From Okamejei kenojei (taxonomy: Eukaryota): a stretch of DNA of 64,000 nt. This document shows, piece by piece, positions 52,173 through 64,000 of this stretch. The notes under the pieces were generated by a model. The model saw nothing but the letters and a program-made list of their open reading frames with translations. It had not been told where the DNA came from and searched no databases. The stretch is taken from positions 17,050,001 to 17,114,000 of the forward strand of contig CM069158.1 of NCBI GenBank assembly GCA_035221665.1. The letters run 5' to 3'. The first letter of the stretch is position 1, and each line of letters begins with the position of its first letter. The translations under genes and the position numbers were made by a program.

Positions 52173-53291
52173 GATGTTAGGACCATTAAAGATGGCGTCA
52201 CCCAACCTGCCATTTTTTATGATATGGTCGTAAAGACCAATAATTGAACCGCAATGTCATCCATTAATCTTTTTTCTAGTTTAGAACCAAGATGATAAAG
52301 ACTTCTATTTGTTAGATCATCAGAAACAAATACTTTAGGATCAGCAGAGTTTTATATATACATTTATGCGAACAACACTCCAGCCTTGTTGGCCTGGCTG
52401 AACAAATGCATCATCTGCAACTGCCAACTGAGAGGTGCAGTTGGAATTCCATATTCAGAAGGCTGTGGAGCCTCTGATGACAATATTGGAGACGTAGATA
52501 TTTAGATATACAGGAAATTAATTTAAATAGGGCAAGTACATGGTGCTGAGGGGATCATACTTGATCATATTAAATGGCAGAGCAGGCAGAAGGGAGATTA
52601 TAACAGAGGGAAAAGTCCATCCATGTATTTGTAGTTAAGAAAATAAAATGTCTAGACTGAAGACCTTGAGTGATTGTTGTCGCAAGGAACATTGATGTAC
52701 CTTGATGGAAAAAGTACTTTTCTGCCTTGTCCCTTATATGAAAACATTTAAATGATTCTTTTTTTTAGAAATCGTCTTTTTTCAATCAAGAAGAATTGTT
52801 TCCATTTTGTCGACAATTAGTAAATTGAAAAAAGGCACAAAATCATTGCAAATCCCACTTGATCAGATCTTTCTATTGTAGCGGTGAATTTCACGAGCCA
52901 ATTATCTAAGGGTTGAGAGACCAAGCTTGGCTTCCCTCCTCCCGTGCCATTCCTTTTGCAGAACAACATGGTCAGACCTAAATCACATTGTCCCACCCCA
53001 AACGAAATGGTTGCTGATGCCAAATGACTGAGAGCTCCGCCTGTGCCTGCTTTTCTTGAATTCGCAATCTCAGAGCCTCCGTCTCTCTCCTTAACAACGC
53101 ACATTTAAGATGAGAAACTAACTAATAAATTTTTGTGTCTCTCAATGTGCTGTGATGGGTCTCAGACTGGTCACTGAACACTTGTGCTACGAATGTGCTT
53201 TGTGTGGACTCATTTTGTTACTGTGCTGTTTCTCAGGTGCTGCCAACTCTCATTTTCTTGCTTGTTGTCACCTTTCTGTGTTCCGCCCCAG

Positions 53292-53564
53292 TTCGGCGCG
53301 TTCCACCTAGGTTCTCCATCAGCCCTCCGTTCAGCCAAGAGATTGTGCCTGGTGGGAGCGTGAATATCACTTGTGTTGCCGTGGGCTCCCCCATGCCTTA
53401 TGTGAAGTGGATGCTGGGAAGTGAAGACCTGACCCCAGAGGATGACATGCCTGTTGGCCGCAATGTTCTAGAGCTTAGCGGTATCCAAGAGTCCGCTAAT
53501 TACACCTGTGTGGCGATGTCTAGTCTTGGGATAATCAAAACAATGTCACAGATTATCGTTAAAG
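53292..53564 (+). CDS. PTPRS: Exon encoding Ig3
   Basis: ttccgccccag|TTCGG ... AAAG|gtaagt, 273 nt. Encodes (V)[90 protein letters not shown]. Confidence 0.96.
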
Positions 53565-54507
53565 GTAAGTGAAGGAAGCCACTTATGCGTGCGTGCCTGT
53601 CTCTCACACCAATCCAGGACACCCCAAAAAACAATTAACGGCGACTGAAGTACTTTGGAAGGGTAATGATCTGGAAGTGTGTAGCCAGTCAGGACCACAG
53701 CAAGATCCAGAAAAAAAGCAGTATAATCCCAAACAAAATCAGAAAACACTCAGCAAGCCAGGCAGCATCTACAGTGAACGAAACAAGAGTTAATGTCTCA
53801 CATTGAAGATCCCGACATCTGAATTGGAAAAGTAAGGATAAAAAAAAAATAGTTTCAAGTCACAGATAAGGTGGGAAGAGAATATAGAGATGGACGGATA
53901 GAAGAAAGGGAATATCTCTGATAGGGAGAGCCCAAGGATGTTGCATGGGGATTTGGTAATGGGACAGTTACAAGGGACAAAGAAGGATGAGTTGCTGCAA
54001 ATGCCAGGTTAGGGGGTCCTAAAGGAGAGGTAAATAAAAAAACTGAAGCAATATCACTGGTGGATGTCATCACTTCCAGCAAAGATGGCCAGTTGTGAAA
54101 GAAAGAGTATTATAAGAGTCTTCATAGCTATATTGATTGACAAAATCAATTTTAATGATGCTGGTTTAAGAATGTATTGATTAAGACACCCAGTATAACT
54201 CCCAATCTCTTCTACAAACAGTGGTGTGAGAGGACAAATGGCACTCTTTAAAACTAATCCTGAAGGCACAACTTCTGTCAGTTTAGCAAATCACCTGTAC
54301 CAGAATGGGCCTAGATTCCATGATCAATCTAAGCAATGGGACTTCAGTCACAATCTTACGATTCAAAATCAACGGTGCTCCTGCAGACTCATACCTTGGT
54401 TCAAAATCACAAAGACTATCTCTGGAAAGGGGTTAGACTGTGAAATAATGCAGCAAACTTTTCCTCAGAATTATTTTAACTAACCATGAAAGAAAAAAGA
54501 AATAAAG

Positions 54508-54760
54508 CTCTGGAGTAAGTCAGGGTTTGGACAGCATCTCAGGAGAACGTGGATAGGCACTTTTCACTATGCTTTTCACTACACCTCCATACACATGACA
54601 ATAAACTAAACTAAACGAGAAGATGATGTTTTGAGTCAGTCTGAAGAAGGGTTCTGACTCAAGGCATCACCTATCCATGTTCTCCAGAATTGCAGCTTGT
54701 CCCGCAGAGTTATTCCAGCACTTTATGTCTTTTTTTGTAAACCGACGTTTGCAGTTCCTT
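54508..54760. mobile_element. Inverted Penelope-like terminal fragments just upstream of the FN1-2 exon
   Basis: ctggagtaagtcag...cagcatctcaggagaacgtggatagg versus cctatccatgttctccagaa...gagttattccagca; ctgaagaagggt at 54641. Confidence 0.6.
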
Positions 54761-54804
54761 GTTTCGGCTGTTAACTAACTGTGTCAAACTATTGATACTT
54801 GCAG

Positions 54805-55386
54805 CACTGCCGAAGCCCCCTGGAACTCCGATTGTGGTGGAGACCACCGCCACCAGTGTGACGTTATCATGGGATTCTGGCAACCCTGACCACATCAACT
54901 ACTACATTATTGAATACAGACCCAAGAGCACGGACGTGCTCTACCAGACCATCGATGGCATCCAGACCCTGCGTTACAGCATTGGTGGACTGAGCCCGTA
55001 CTCTGACTATGAGTTTAAAATCTCTGCTGTCAATTCCATCGGTCAGGGTCCACCCAGTGAGACGGTGGAGACACGGACTGGTGAGCAGGTGCCCTCTAGC
55101 CCCCCGAGGAACGTTCAGGCTCGGATGTTGAGCGCCACCACCATGCTGATTCAATGGGAGGAGCCCGAGGAGCCGAACGGCGAGATCCGAGGGTACCGGG
55201 TGTACTACACCATGGAGCCCCTGCAGCCCGTCAACAACTGGCAAAAGCACAACCTGGATGACAGCCTCCTCACCACCGTGGCCAACCTGATACCACAGAC
55301 AACCTACAGCGTCAAGGTCTTGGCTTTCACCTCTGTAGGGGACGGTCCACTCTCATCCGAGATTCAGGTCAAAACTCAGCAGGGAG
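54805..55386 (+). CDS. PTPRS: Exon encoding fibronectin type III domains 1-2
   Basis: atacttgcag|CACTG ... GGAG|gtgagt, 582 nt. Encodes (A)[28 protein letters not shown]...[15 protein letters not shown]...[11 protein letters not shown]...[12 protein letters not shown]...[14 protein letters not shown]...QVKTQQG. Confidence 0.97.
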
Positions 55387-55779
55387 GTGAGTTGTTTGGC
55401 GATTATTTGTATTGTATCATTCTTCGGTGCTTTTTGATGTCAAACTGATTGTCCTTGAGGTCTGATCCACTCAACGCAGTATCTGGACCCTAATACAGTG
55501 TGCCCTGGCCACCCAAGCGACCTACAACCAACAACAAAGCTTTGTAGTCCTGTCACAGCTCGTAGTCTGGCACAATGCAGTCGACGGAATAGCAAAGAAA
55601 GAGTTGGGGAATGGTGCCGGGGTATGTTTGCAACAAGGAGCACTCAACGTAACTAACAAAAAGATGGGCACGGCTGGGACCCATGGGCTAAACCCTTGAC
55701 TTGAAAAAACTGAGAGTTGTCAAAAGAGAAGTTGTTTAGGGTGAGGATACGTTCCGACAGGCGGAGGGGAGTGTTAGCG

Positions 55780-56006
55780 CTCTCTGTGCGTTCTCCCCGT
55801 GACCGCATGGGTTCTTCCCAGGTGCTCCGGTGTCCTCACACACTCCAAAAACGTACAGGTTTGTAGGTTGATTGACTACGGTAAAAATGGTAAATTGTTC
55901 CTAGTGTGTAGGATGGTACAGGTATATGGGGATCGACGGCATGCACGGACTCTGTGGGATGAAGGGTCTGTCTCCGCACTGTATCTCTGAACTAAACTGA
56001 ACTAAA
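55780..56006 (+). mobile_element. 5'-truncated V-SINE
   Basis: ttctccccgtgaccgcatggg...gtaaattgttcctagtgtgtagg...ctctgaactaaactgaact. Confidence 0.85.
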
Positions 56007-56299
56007 AATGTATCGAAACAAAAATTTCACTAAGATAAATCCAAATGTAAATGTGCTGCACAATTGAAGAATCTGAATTGCTAGACTTTATAAGGCACAC
56101 CATTTTGCAGGCATCAATTCCCCCCATGGCAGCAGCTTTTTTATTTCTTATTCCCTCACGAATCCTCGCAGAATTAGGTCAGAACCCATTTAGTCTATGC
56201 TAACTCCCAGAGTAATTCCATCGATCCTATTCCCTCAATTATTTCCCAATAGCATATACTGTACTGTCTCATATGCCCATCCATTCTCCTTCCACCCAC

Positions 56300-56785
56300 C
56301 CACACTTGGATAATTTACAGCAGGCAACCTGCATGTCCTTGGGATGTGGGAGAAAACCGGAGCAGTCTTAGGGCCAAATGGAAACTCAGGTCGCTGGAGC
56401 TGTAAACATGGAAACATAGAAACATAGAAAATAGGTGCAGGAGTAGGCCATTCGGCCCTTCGAGCCTGCACCGCCATTCAATATGATCATGGCTGCTCAT
56501 CCAACTCAGTATCCTGTACCTGCCTTCTTTCCATACCCCCTGATCCCTTTAGCCACAAGGGCCACATCTAACTCCCTCTTAAATATAGCCAATGAACTGG
56601 CCTCAACTACCTTCTGTGGCAGAGAATTCCAGATACTCACCACTCTCTGTGTGAAAAATGTTTTCCTCATCTCGGTCCTTGTTCTGGTCCTCCCCAACAT
56701 CGGGAACAATCTTCCTGCATCTAGCCTGTCCATCCCCTTAAGAATTTTAAGGTAGCAGCTCTACCTGCTGTGCCAGTGCGCCACA
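56300..56785 (-). mobile_element. V-SINE interrupted by an internally deleted CR1-like 3' fragment (about 56406-56747)
   Basis: SINE ...ctggagctgTAA | LINE | TAAggtagcagctctacc. LINE peptide EMRKTFFTQRVVSIWNSLPQKVVEA. Confidence 0.85.
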
Positions 56786-58437
56786 CATTGACAAGGTTTC
56801 TGCTACTGCAAAAACAACAGAATGCCGTCTCCCCATGTTACTTTAAAACCTGAATGCTGGTGATGCTTAGCATGCCTTCAAGTATCTTAGGCCAAACATG
56901 GTAATTGTTTCACTCTCCACAATTGGGGTTAGGAGGGAAAGATAGATCAGCATGATTGAATGGCGGAGTAGACTTGGTGGGCTGAATGGCCTAATTTTAC
57001 TCCTATCACTTATGAACCTATGCTACCTGACCTGATGAACATTTGTGTATGAGGGAACTGCAGATGCTGGGATACACCGAAGATAGACACAAAATGTTGA
57101 ACTATTTTACCTCACTGATCAGCATTTTCTGTTTCTATTCTAGATTTTCAGCATTTGCAATTTTTAGTTGCTTTTCAACAGCTAACTTTAAAATCTCTTT
57201 TGGTAGAAGGGAACAATGTCACCTGGCGATTCCTACCTGATCTTCAACTGCAATTGCCTAAGTGGTGATCAAAAGGCAACAAATGCAATTGTCATGGGCT
57301 GTGCCCATGAAAAAACGTCATCACAATTAGATATGATGAGATCTTCTCAATGACTCTGTCTGACCTTTCAAGTAACAAATGCTATCAATGTTAATGAAAT
57401 AACAAATTCACAATGTTTTTTGTTTTTTTTAAATTCATTTCATTAGAAGCAATTGTACAAGGAGAAAGTAATCGACATAACAATTGTACAATTTTCGTAC
57501 AGTTTCAATTTTAACACTTTATAAACTAATAACTAAATCGGAAAAAAAAAGAAAAAGATAAAAAGGGAAAGAAAAAAGAAAAGAAAGAATTTCGAAAAAA
57601 GACACGAAAGAGAAAAAAGAAAAAGCCCTGAACTAACGAAGAAATGAAAGAGGCGGAGATATTTCCCACTACCTTTCCCTACGCCCGCTCACCCGACCCT
57701 AGCGTCGGTTTTGCACATTCACAATGTAGGATGGTAACTGCAGAATTTGATTTCATTACACAACAGAATCTGGAAAAAAATCCTTCCACCCTTCAAGTAC
57801 TTAGCATTAGATCAGATTCGCACCATTAGATTTGGTGTGGGGTGTCATGTCTTCACCTCCTGACCTGCACTGCAGTACATAAGTCAGACACTCAGTTTGG
57901 ATTGTTGACTGTTATCTGCCAGCCATTTCTTGAAAGCAATCAATACTGCCACAAACTGCTGTTACAAATCACTGAATCTTCACAAAGGCAGCAATAGCAA
58001 GAGTAATTGTAACATTTTGTACTGGAGAGAAAAAAAAAAGTATTGTTGGAAATGTCATCTGTATCATTTCAAAGAGAATATTTTGCTGAGACGGTCAGAT
58101 TTCTCAATTGCTGTTTCAGTGGAAGATGGTGTTTCAGATTGGCAATTAGACCTCCCGGCTGGTGGTTCTCTGGAAACACTCCCCTCCTCCCCCACAATGG
58201 TATTTGGATTATCCAACTGAGGAGATGTTAGATGATTCAAAACAACAAAATAATGGGTAGAAAAGTGGTTCTGGAAATCCTGGTCTTGGAAATTAAGAGA
58301 AATAACTGCTCTCCCTCAGTCACTACCATTTTCTCCCAGTGGTAAGAATGCTCTTTGAGAGAGAACACTACAATGCTTTTTATGATTGAATGGCTCATTC
58401 TCATTCTCTGGTCTTTCCAAATAACTATGCTGCACTA

Positions 58438-58865
58438 GTTTAGATTAGTGATGCCGCATGGAAACAGGCCCTTCGACCCGCCAAGTCTGAATGTTTTCTG
58501 GATGTTTTCAAGAGAGAGTTCGATTTAGCCCTTCGGGCTGAAGGAATCAAGGGATATCGGAAGAAAGCAGGAACGGGGGGGGTACTGATTTTAGACGATC
58601 AGCCATGATCATATTGAATGGCGGTGCTGGCACAAAGGGTCGAATAGCATACACCTATATTTGTATGTTTTCTATGAGTTCGCGCTGACCATTGATTTCC
58701 CATTCACACTAGTTCTAAGTTATCCCACTTTTGCATCCACTCCCTACACGCAAGGGGCAATTTACCGAGGCCAATTGACCTTCAAACCTGCACTTTTTTT
58801 GGCATGTGGGAAGAAACCTACATGGTCACAGCAGAACGTAAGAACTCAACACAGACAGCACCCGA
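58438..58865 (-). mobile_element. V-SINE interrupted by a + strand CR1-like 3' fragment (about 58497-58675)
   Basis: ggaaacaggcccttcgacccgccaagtctg | ggatgttttcaagagagag...tgttttctat | gagttcgcgctgacc. Confidence 0.8.
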
Positions 58866-59442
58866 CAACAGTGCCCTGCACAGTCGTTAGTCAAGGTATT
58901 GTTAGCCTGTCACCATGCGTTCAGTAAATTAAGGAATGAGAACTGTCTAAGTATATAAAGCCAGGATTTAGGCTGGGATAAACATTGAAGATTGAAACAT
59001 CAATGATGGTGGAGTGTGAGCACCTCACTGTGTATGCATCTCCACATGTACAGTATTGGCAAATTGAAAAGCCCCTTTTTTCCAATTTGTTCTCTACAGC
59101 AGGATCTAATATTTAAACATACGTGCACTGTTCACTGAATTTGGATAGGATTGCTTTTCTTCTAGGTTTCAAGGTCAGTTTATTGTCACATGTACCAACT
59201 TAGGTACAGTGAAATTTGAGTCTATGTAGCTTTAACAACTCTGACATAGCAGTCGTGGCCATTTGCATCTACTGGCCTCCCTCGTGGTAAGTCGTATCTT
59301 TGTAAAATGTAAAATATCCACTCCCAAAAACTATTTGAATGTGAGCAGAAAAGGACCGAGGCAAAGCCAGAAGAATTATGATTTCTCTAAATCCAGAGGA
59401 AGGATAATGGTGAGAATGGTGTCAGCTGCAGATTGCGACTTA

Positions 59443-59652
59443 AGGGCCTGTCCCACTTACGTGACTTTTTCGGCGACTGGCGACATGCCGTGGGTGACAC
59501 CCCGTGACACCTGTGACATGTCGCCAGGGGGTCGTGAGTAGTCTCCTAGTCACCCAAAGAGTCGTAGGTTCTTAATTTTCAACATGTTGAAAATCTTAGG
59601 CGACCTATGACGGGTGCCAGCAGTCGCCGATAATTTGTGTAAGTGGGACAGG
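59443..59652. mobile_element. PIF/Harbinger-like MITE with clipped right TIR
   Basis: TTA|AGGGCCTGTCCCACTTAC ... GTAAGTGGGACAGG; same terminal 16 nt as the 41545 element. Confidence 0.8.
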
Positions 59653-59763
59653 AGATTCTTTGAAATGCGGTTCCAAATACCAAAGTACATGATTACATGC
59701 AATCAGCAGATCTCAAATAACCTACATTTAACATTGGCTGACTATCTTGGCCTCTTCTTTCAG

Positions 59764-59897
59764 TTCCTGGGCAACCAATCAACTTTAAGGCCACCCCTAA
59801 ATCTGAGACAAGTATTGAACTGCAGTGGACCGCACCCAGACAAGATGAAATCATCAGTTATGAGCTGTACTATCGCGATGATGACCAGGGGAAGAAG
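59764..59897 (+). CDS. PTPRS: Exon encoding the first part of FN3 domain 3 (not in the correct frame in the ORF track)
   Basis: ctcttctttcag|TTCCT ... AAGAAG|gtgaga, 134 nt, phase 1-0. Encodes (V)[44 protein letters not shown]. Confidence 0.94.
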
Positions 59898-60055
59898 GTG
59901 AGAAAATGCTCCACCTTGTGTGCCAGGGTGAAGCTTTCTTTTCATCTAACACGGGGTTAATGCGATCAAAGTAATTGACAAACTACCTTTATTTTCCCCA
60001 CATCCCGACCCTCGTGCGGAACAACACAATGGAATTCTTGGAAAGAAGGAGATTA

Positions 60056-60350
60056 GAGTTCAGAGATACAGAGGGGAAACAAGCCCTTCAGCCAACTAAG
60101 TCCACACCGACCAGCGATCACCTGTAAACACTATCACTCCTAAATTATCACTAGGGGGAATTTACAGAAAACAATTAGCCTATACATCCTGCATGTCTTT
60201 TGAATGTGGGTGGAATTCGGAGCACCCGGAGAAAACCCACGTGGTCACAGGGGGGATGTACAAACTCTGCACAGACAGCACCCGTAGTCAGAATAGAACC
60301 CAGGTGTCTGGCGCTAGGAAGCAACAGTTCTACAGCTGCGCCAATGTACC
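60056..60350 (-). mobile_element. V-SINE
   Basis: ggaaacaagcccttcagcc...ggagcacccggagaaaacccacgtggtcacagg...gtcagaatagaacccagg. Confidence 0.85.
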
Positions 60351-60509
60351 GTCCATTGTTATTGTTGTTTCTGGGACACAGGAGCTTTTCCCATCTCCTT
60401 TCATCAAACCTTAAGAACAAGCACATACCATACCCAGGTCAAAGAGGTGTTCTAAAATAGATCCATTAGTGTATGGGTATTACAGCTTAGTCATGATCCA
60501 AATTGCAAA

Positions 60510-60828
60510 ACCCCTGTCCCACGGTGCGAGTTCATTCCAAGCGTTCTCCCGAGTTTGCCCTGATTCTAACTCGGAGATTTACGGTAATGGCCACTCGTCG
60601 GTACTCGGGGCTCTCGTGGACATTTTTCATCATGTTGAAAAATCTTCACGAGTCTTCCTGTGCTTACCTGCCATTAGCGAGTCTTCCCGAGTACCTGCCG
60701 TTAGCGCTAAGAGACGTCCCCGAGCTACAACGTACCCGCTACGTTAATTCTCCGTGCTTACCACAAGTTTGATTTTTTTTTTAACTCGGCAGATCTCTTG
60801 GAATGAACTCGTACCATGGGACAGGGCT
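60510..60828. mobile_element. MITE with 32-bp TIRs (CCCTGTCCCA core)
   Basis: ACCCCTGTCCCACGGTGCGAGTTCATTCCAAG ... CTTGGAATGAACTCGTACCATGGGACAGGGCT (3 mismatches). No clear TSD. Confidence 0.82.
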
Positions 60829-61090
60829 ATTATTCATATCCTTGTGTGGACGGTGGAAATGTTAAATCTTAGTAACATTTGTAAAGTTAAAGTAAGCCAA
60901 TTTGCTGTGGAATTATTACAGTATGTTCTTAAAGGGGGGGGGGGGTTACACATCAACAGCAGAACACTATTTTGCTGTGCTTCACTTCATATTGTATACA
61001 ATGCCACAGGATATCCACTAACATCTAGATCTTAGGTGTTGCCTGAACTGTTCTTGGTATAACATCAAGTGTCTGAATTTTTTTCCACAG

Positions 61091-61235
61091 GAAGTGATAA
61101 GCTTTAAGCCTAGCACGACACACATTGTGACCGAGCTCCACCCCAACACTCTGTACTACTTCCGGTTGGCTGCACACTCCTCACACGGCCTTGGCGCTTA
61201 CACCTCCGAGATCTCTGCCCGCACCCTTCAGGCCA
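61091..61235 (+). CDS. PTPRS: Exon encoding the second part of FN3 domain 3
   Basis: ttttttccacag|GAAGTG ... GCCA|gtaggt, 145 nt, phase 0-1. Encodes EVISFKPSTTHIVTELHPNTLYYFRLAAHSSHGLGAYTSEISARTLQA. Confidence 0.94.
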
Positions 61236-61999
61236 GTAGGTTTCATTCCACGTTCATCTTTCAAACACTTCCAGTGTAAAGGGCATTGGGTTTCTGGGCA
61301 ACTGCAAGCCAAAGGTTCCTGTGAAAAGTTGATCTACTTGCTGGGAACTGCTTTAGAGTGTCCACTCTCAGTGGAACTAGGAAAGTCTGTGTGGAACAGT
61401 GGCTTTGAATATAACATGGATAGGTGGGGTCAATATGTGTGCTTTATCGTGGCTTAACGTTGACTATCCTTTAGCAAATGGCTTTAGACTCCATATTCAA
61501 TGTACAGTTGACAGTGATTAATTCAACACTATTTCCCACCCCTCGGCACTGTTTTAATAATCTCATTCAAATGGTCTGCAAGATTTGGAATTATTCATGT
61601 GATTGCCAGGCTGTGCTGTTAGTGTGGCATGGGAGTATCTTTACATCAAATCCAATCAAAGTTGGTTGTTGACATGCCTTGATTTAATTGCCTCTGCCAA
61701 AAATAATTTGCTTCCAAGTATAATGACATTGCTATGGCAAACAAAAAAGCTCAGGGGAAATCACCTTCAGAATGAATGTTCTCCTTTTCACTGGGTGTAG
61801 TTCCAGCACCCCACATTACTTGAGAGGAACTCCTTTTTTGTTAGTGAGGGAATGTTGCTGTTTGTAGTTAGCTGCTTATAGCACATTCTACATCCTGGAT
61901 CCAGCACTATCATTGCAGATTAAGAGATCAGTTTGGGATAACATCTCCCAGTTGGCTCCTCAGAAGACTTGACTTGACAATGCAAATCCCTGACCTCTA

Positions 62000-62262
62000 T
62001 CGCCTAGAAGGGCATGGCCAGCAATACAGGGGAACTCCACTGGCTGCAGTCTTCCTGCCATTCACACACCACCAAGACGTGGAAATGTATCACCATTCCT
62101 TCATTAACACTGGCTGAAAATCCAGGAACTTCCTACCCAACAACATTGGGGGATCATTTTGACCACTGCAGCTGATTAACAGGGCATCTCACCATCAACT
62201 TCTGAAGAGAATTAGGAATGAGCAATAAATGTTCCCTATGCCCTCAACATCCACTTCCCAAA
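62000..62262 (+). mobile_element. Old LINE (CR1/L2 clade) 3' remnant; related copy on the minus strand at about 10915-11000
   Basis: aaatccaggaacttcctacccaacaac...ctcaccatcaacttctgaagagaattaggaatgagcaataaatg. Confidence 0.5.
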
Positions 62263-64000
62263 AATAATCTTTAAAAAGGTGCGATGTTGAAATTGAAGGA
62301 GACGCAGTGCCAGGGAATGGGATTTGAATTGGATCTCTGATTATAACTGGACAGGAATATGGGGAACTGAGTGCGTCTCTTGGTGGTGTAGATGTAAGGA
62401 GTGCCATTGATTAGAGTCTTGATGAGGGGTGTGGTGTACTAATCAGTTTTGGGAGATTGAGGTAAGAAATGCACTTGATTGGCCTGTAAGAAAGTGCCGA
62501 AATGGCTACTCATTTGGTGTGTGGGGGGGACGGAAATGACCAGAAAATAGCTTAAAATGTTAGTTGCAGGAAGGAAGGTCAGAGAACAGGGCGGTATTGG
62601 CAAAATGGGATGGGGTGTTGCATGGGGGGAGAGCAAGATTTGGGAGGTGTTTCAGCGAGAGTAGTGAAACCTGAAAGATGTCTGCGGTACTGATTAAAAA
62701 AAGGGATGGGCAATCTTCCATTCATTAGTTCTGGTGAAAGGAATACTTTATCGAGATTAATGAGAAGCTATAAACATACGTATCTGAGGGATGGAGAGAT
62801 GTGAGAAATATCCATGAATTGCACAAGTTAATCCTCTGGTTGTGTTGAGGAAGCAACTGGTTGAGTTAGGTTGGGTTGGCAGTGAGTGAGATATGAGCTG
62901 TGGGTTGGTTTTATAATGGGATTTCCTTAATAATGAATGGGATATTTGGGGCACCAATTGGTGATTTATGTTAACAGCACAGCTTGCAATTTGCCACGAA
63001 CCATTTTCTGGTAAGGTTCCTATTTGCTGGCATCTGCTAGTTAGTGGACCACCAATACAAGCTTTGCGATGGACTGGACTGGACCGGACAGGATAAAATT
63101 AGAAAAGTCACATAAATTGAGGTTGAACCAATATTCATTTTTAGTTTAATGAATTCCTATATGAATGTGGTATTGGCTAGCCATTTAATCACAACTTTTG
63201 ATTGTTAATTTATGCATTTTCTTCCAGTTCCCTTTTCTCTTATATTCCCAGTCATTTTTTTCTATCACAAACGGGAGACCAGTTCAAACAGAAATGCTTG
63301 CGTTGACATTTAAGCTTCTCATCTATTTTTGTTCATCTTATTTTGCGTTAGTCACACTGGTATTCCAATGCCAACTTTGGCTTCTGCCAGCAGACATTGT
63401 AACCAAATTGGCCAAGACTGGTATTGGTCCCCAGAAACCCAAAGGCCCACTTAAGAATTCAACATTTGAATCACATTTATTGATAATCCAGATGGTTGCT
63501 CATGCAAAACACAAAGTCTGGAGGTCAGGCAGCATCTGTAGAGGAAATGGATAGTCAACATTTGGTGTCGGGATCCTCCTTCAAACTTTACTCATCCAGT
63601 TGCATTATAAGAATTTGTTACCCACACTATGCATATGACTGAGGATAAATTTCAACCAATTTACCTTTTATAACAAACAATTAAATATATGCACAATCTT
63701 TATCTCCTCCTGCCCCCTCGTATCTATCTGCTTTCTCTCATAGATAAACTGAAAAGAATAAAATGAAACACCAGGCCACATTCTATCATGTGTTTTTGAA
63801 ATTCTGTTAACCTATTTAAATCCTACAGAAACAGCTAGATGTAGTTAGGCATTCATTCATTACTGAATGATTTGCCCTGCAAAAGCCATTCATTACAGCT
63901 TTTAGGACTAAAAGTTATCCTAACACTGCCACTTCATCAGTGTCACGTTATAATTGATTACAATAGCTCAGATTCTTGACCTGAATATTCTTTTATGCAT

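Overview
Eukaryotic genomic DNA from a cartilaginous fish, probably a skate or ray; this is inferred from the repeats (HE1-like V-SINEs, HER1/CR1-like LINE tails, Penelope-like termini). The window lies inside one + strand gene, a type IIa (LAR-family) receptor protein tyrosine phosphatase, most likely PTPRS. Nine exons can be assembled with GT-AG junctions and consistent phases (1470 nt, 490 codons): Ig2a, microexon meA3 (9 nt), microexon meA6 (18 nt), Ig2b, microexon meB (12 nt), Ig3, FN1-FN2, FN3a and FN3b. The signal peptide/Ig1 exons were not found in the window, and later exons lie beyond its end. The introns hold many retroelement fragments, a decayed IR/DR Tc1 transposon, three PIF/Harbinger-like MITEs, a probable Helitron end, simple repeats and two assembly gaps. 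Almost all other ORFs in the track are spurious. The most interesting unexplained signals are candidate extra exons in the Ig2-Ig3 linker intron (one with its donor sites inside a hairpin), a candidate poison exon between meA3 and meA6, and minimal hammerhead-like motifs in Penelope-like termini. No new system can be claimed from sequence alone; these are testable hypotheses. Comparisons to human proteins are from memory, not from a computed alignment.
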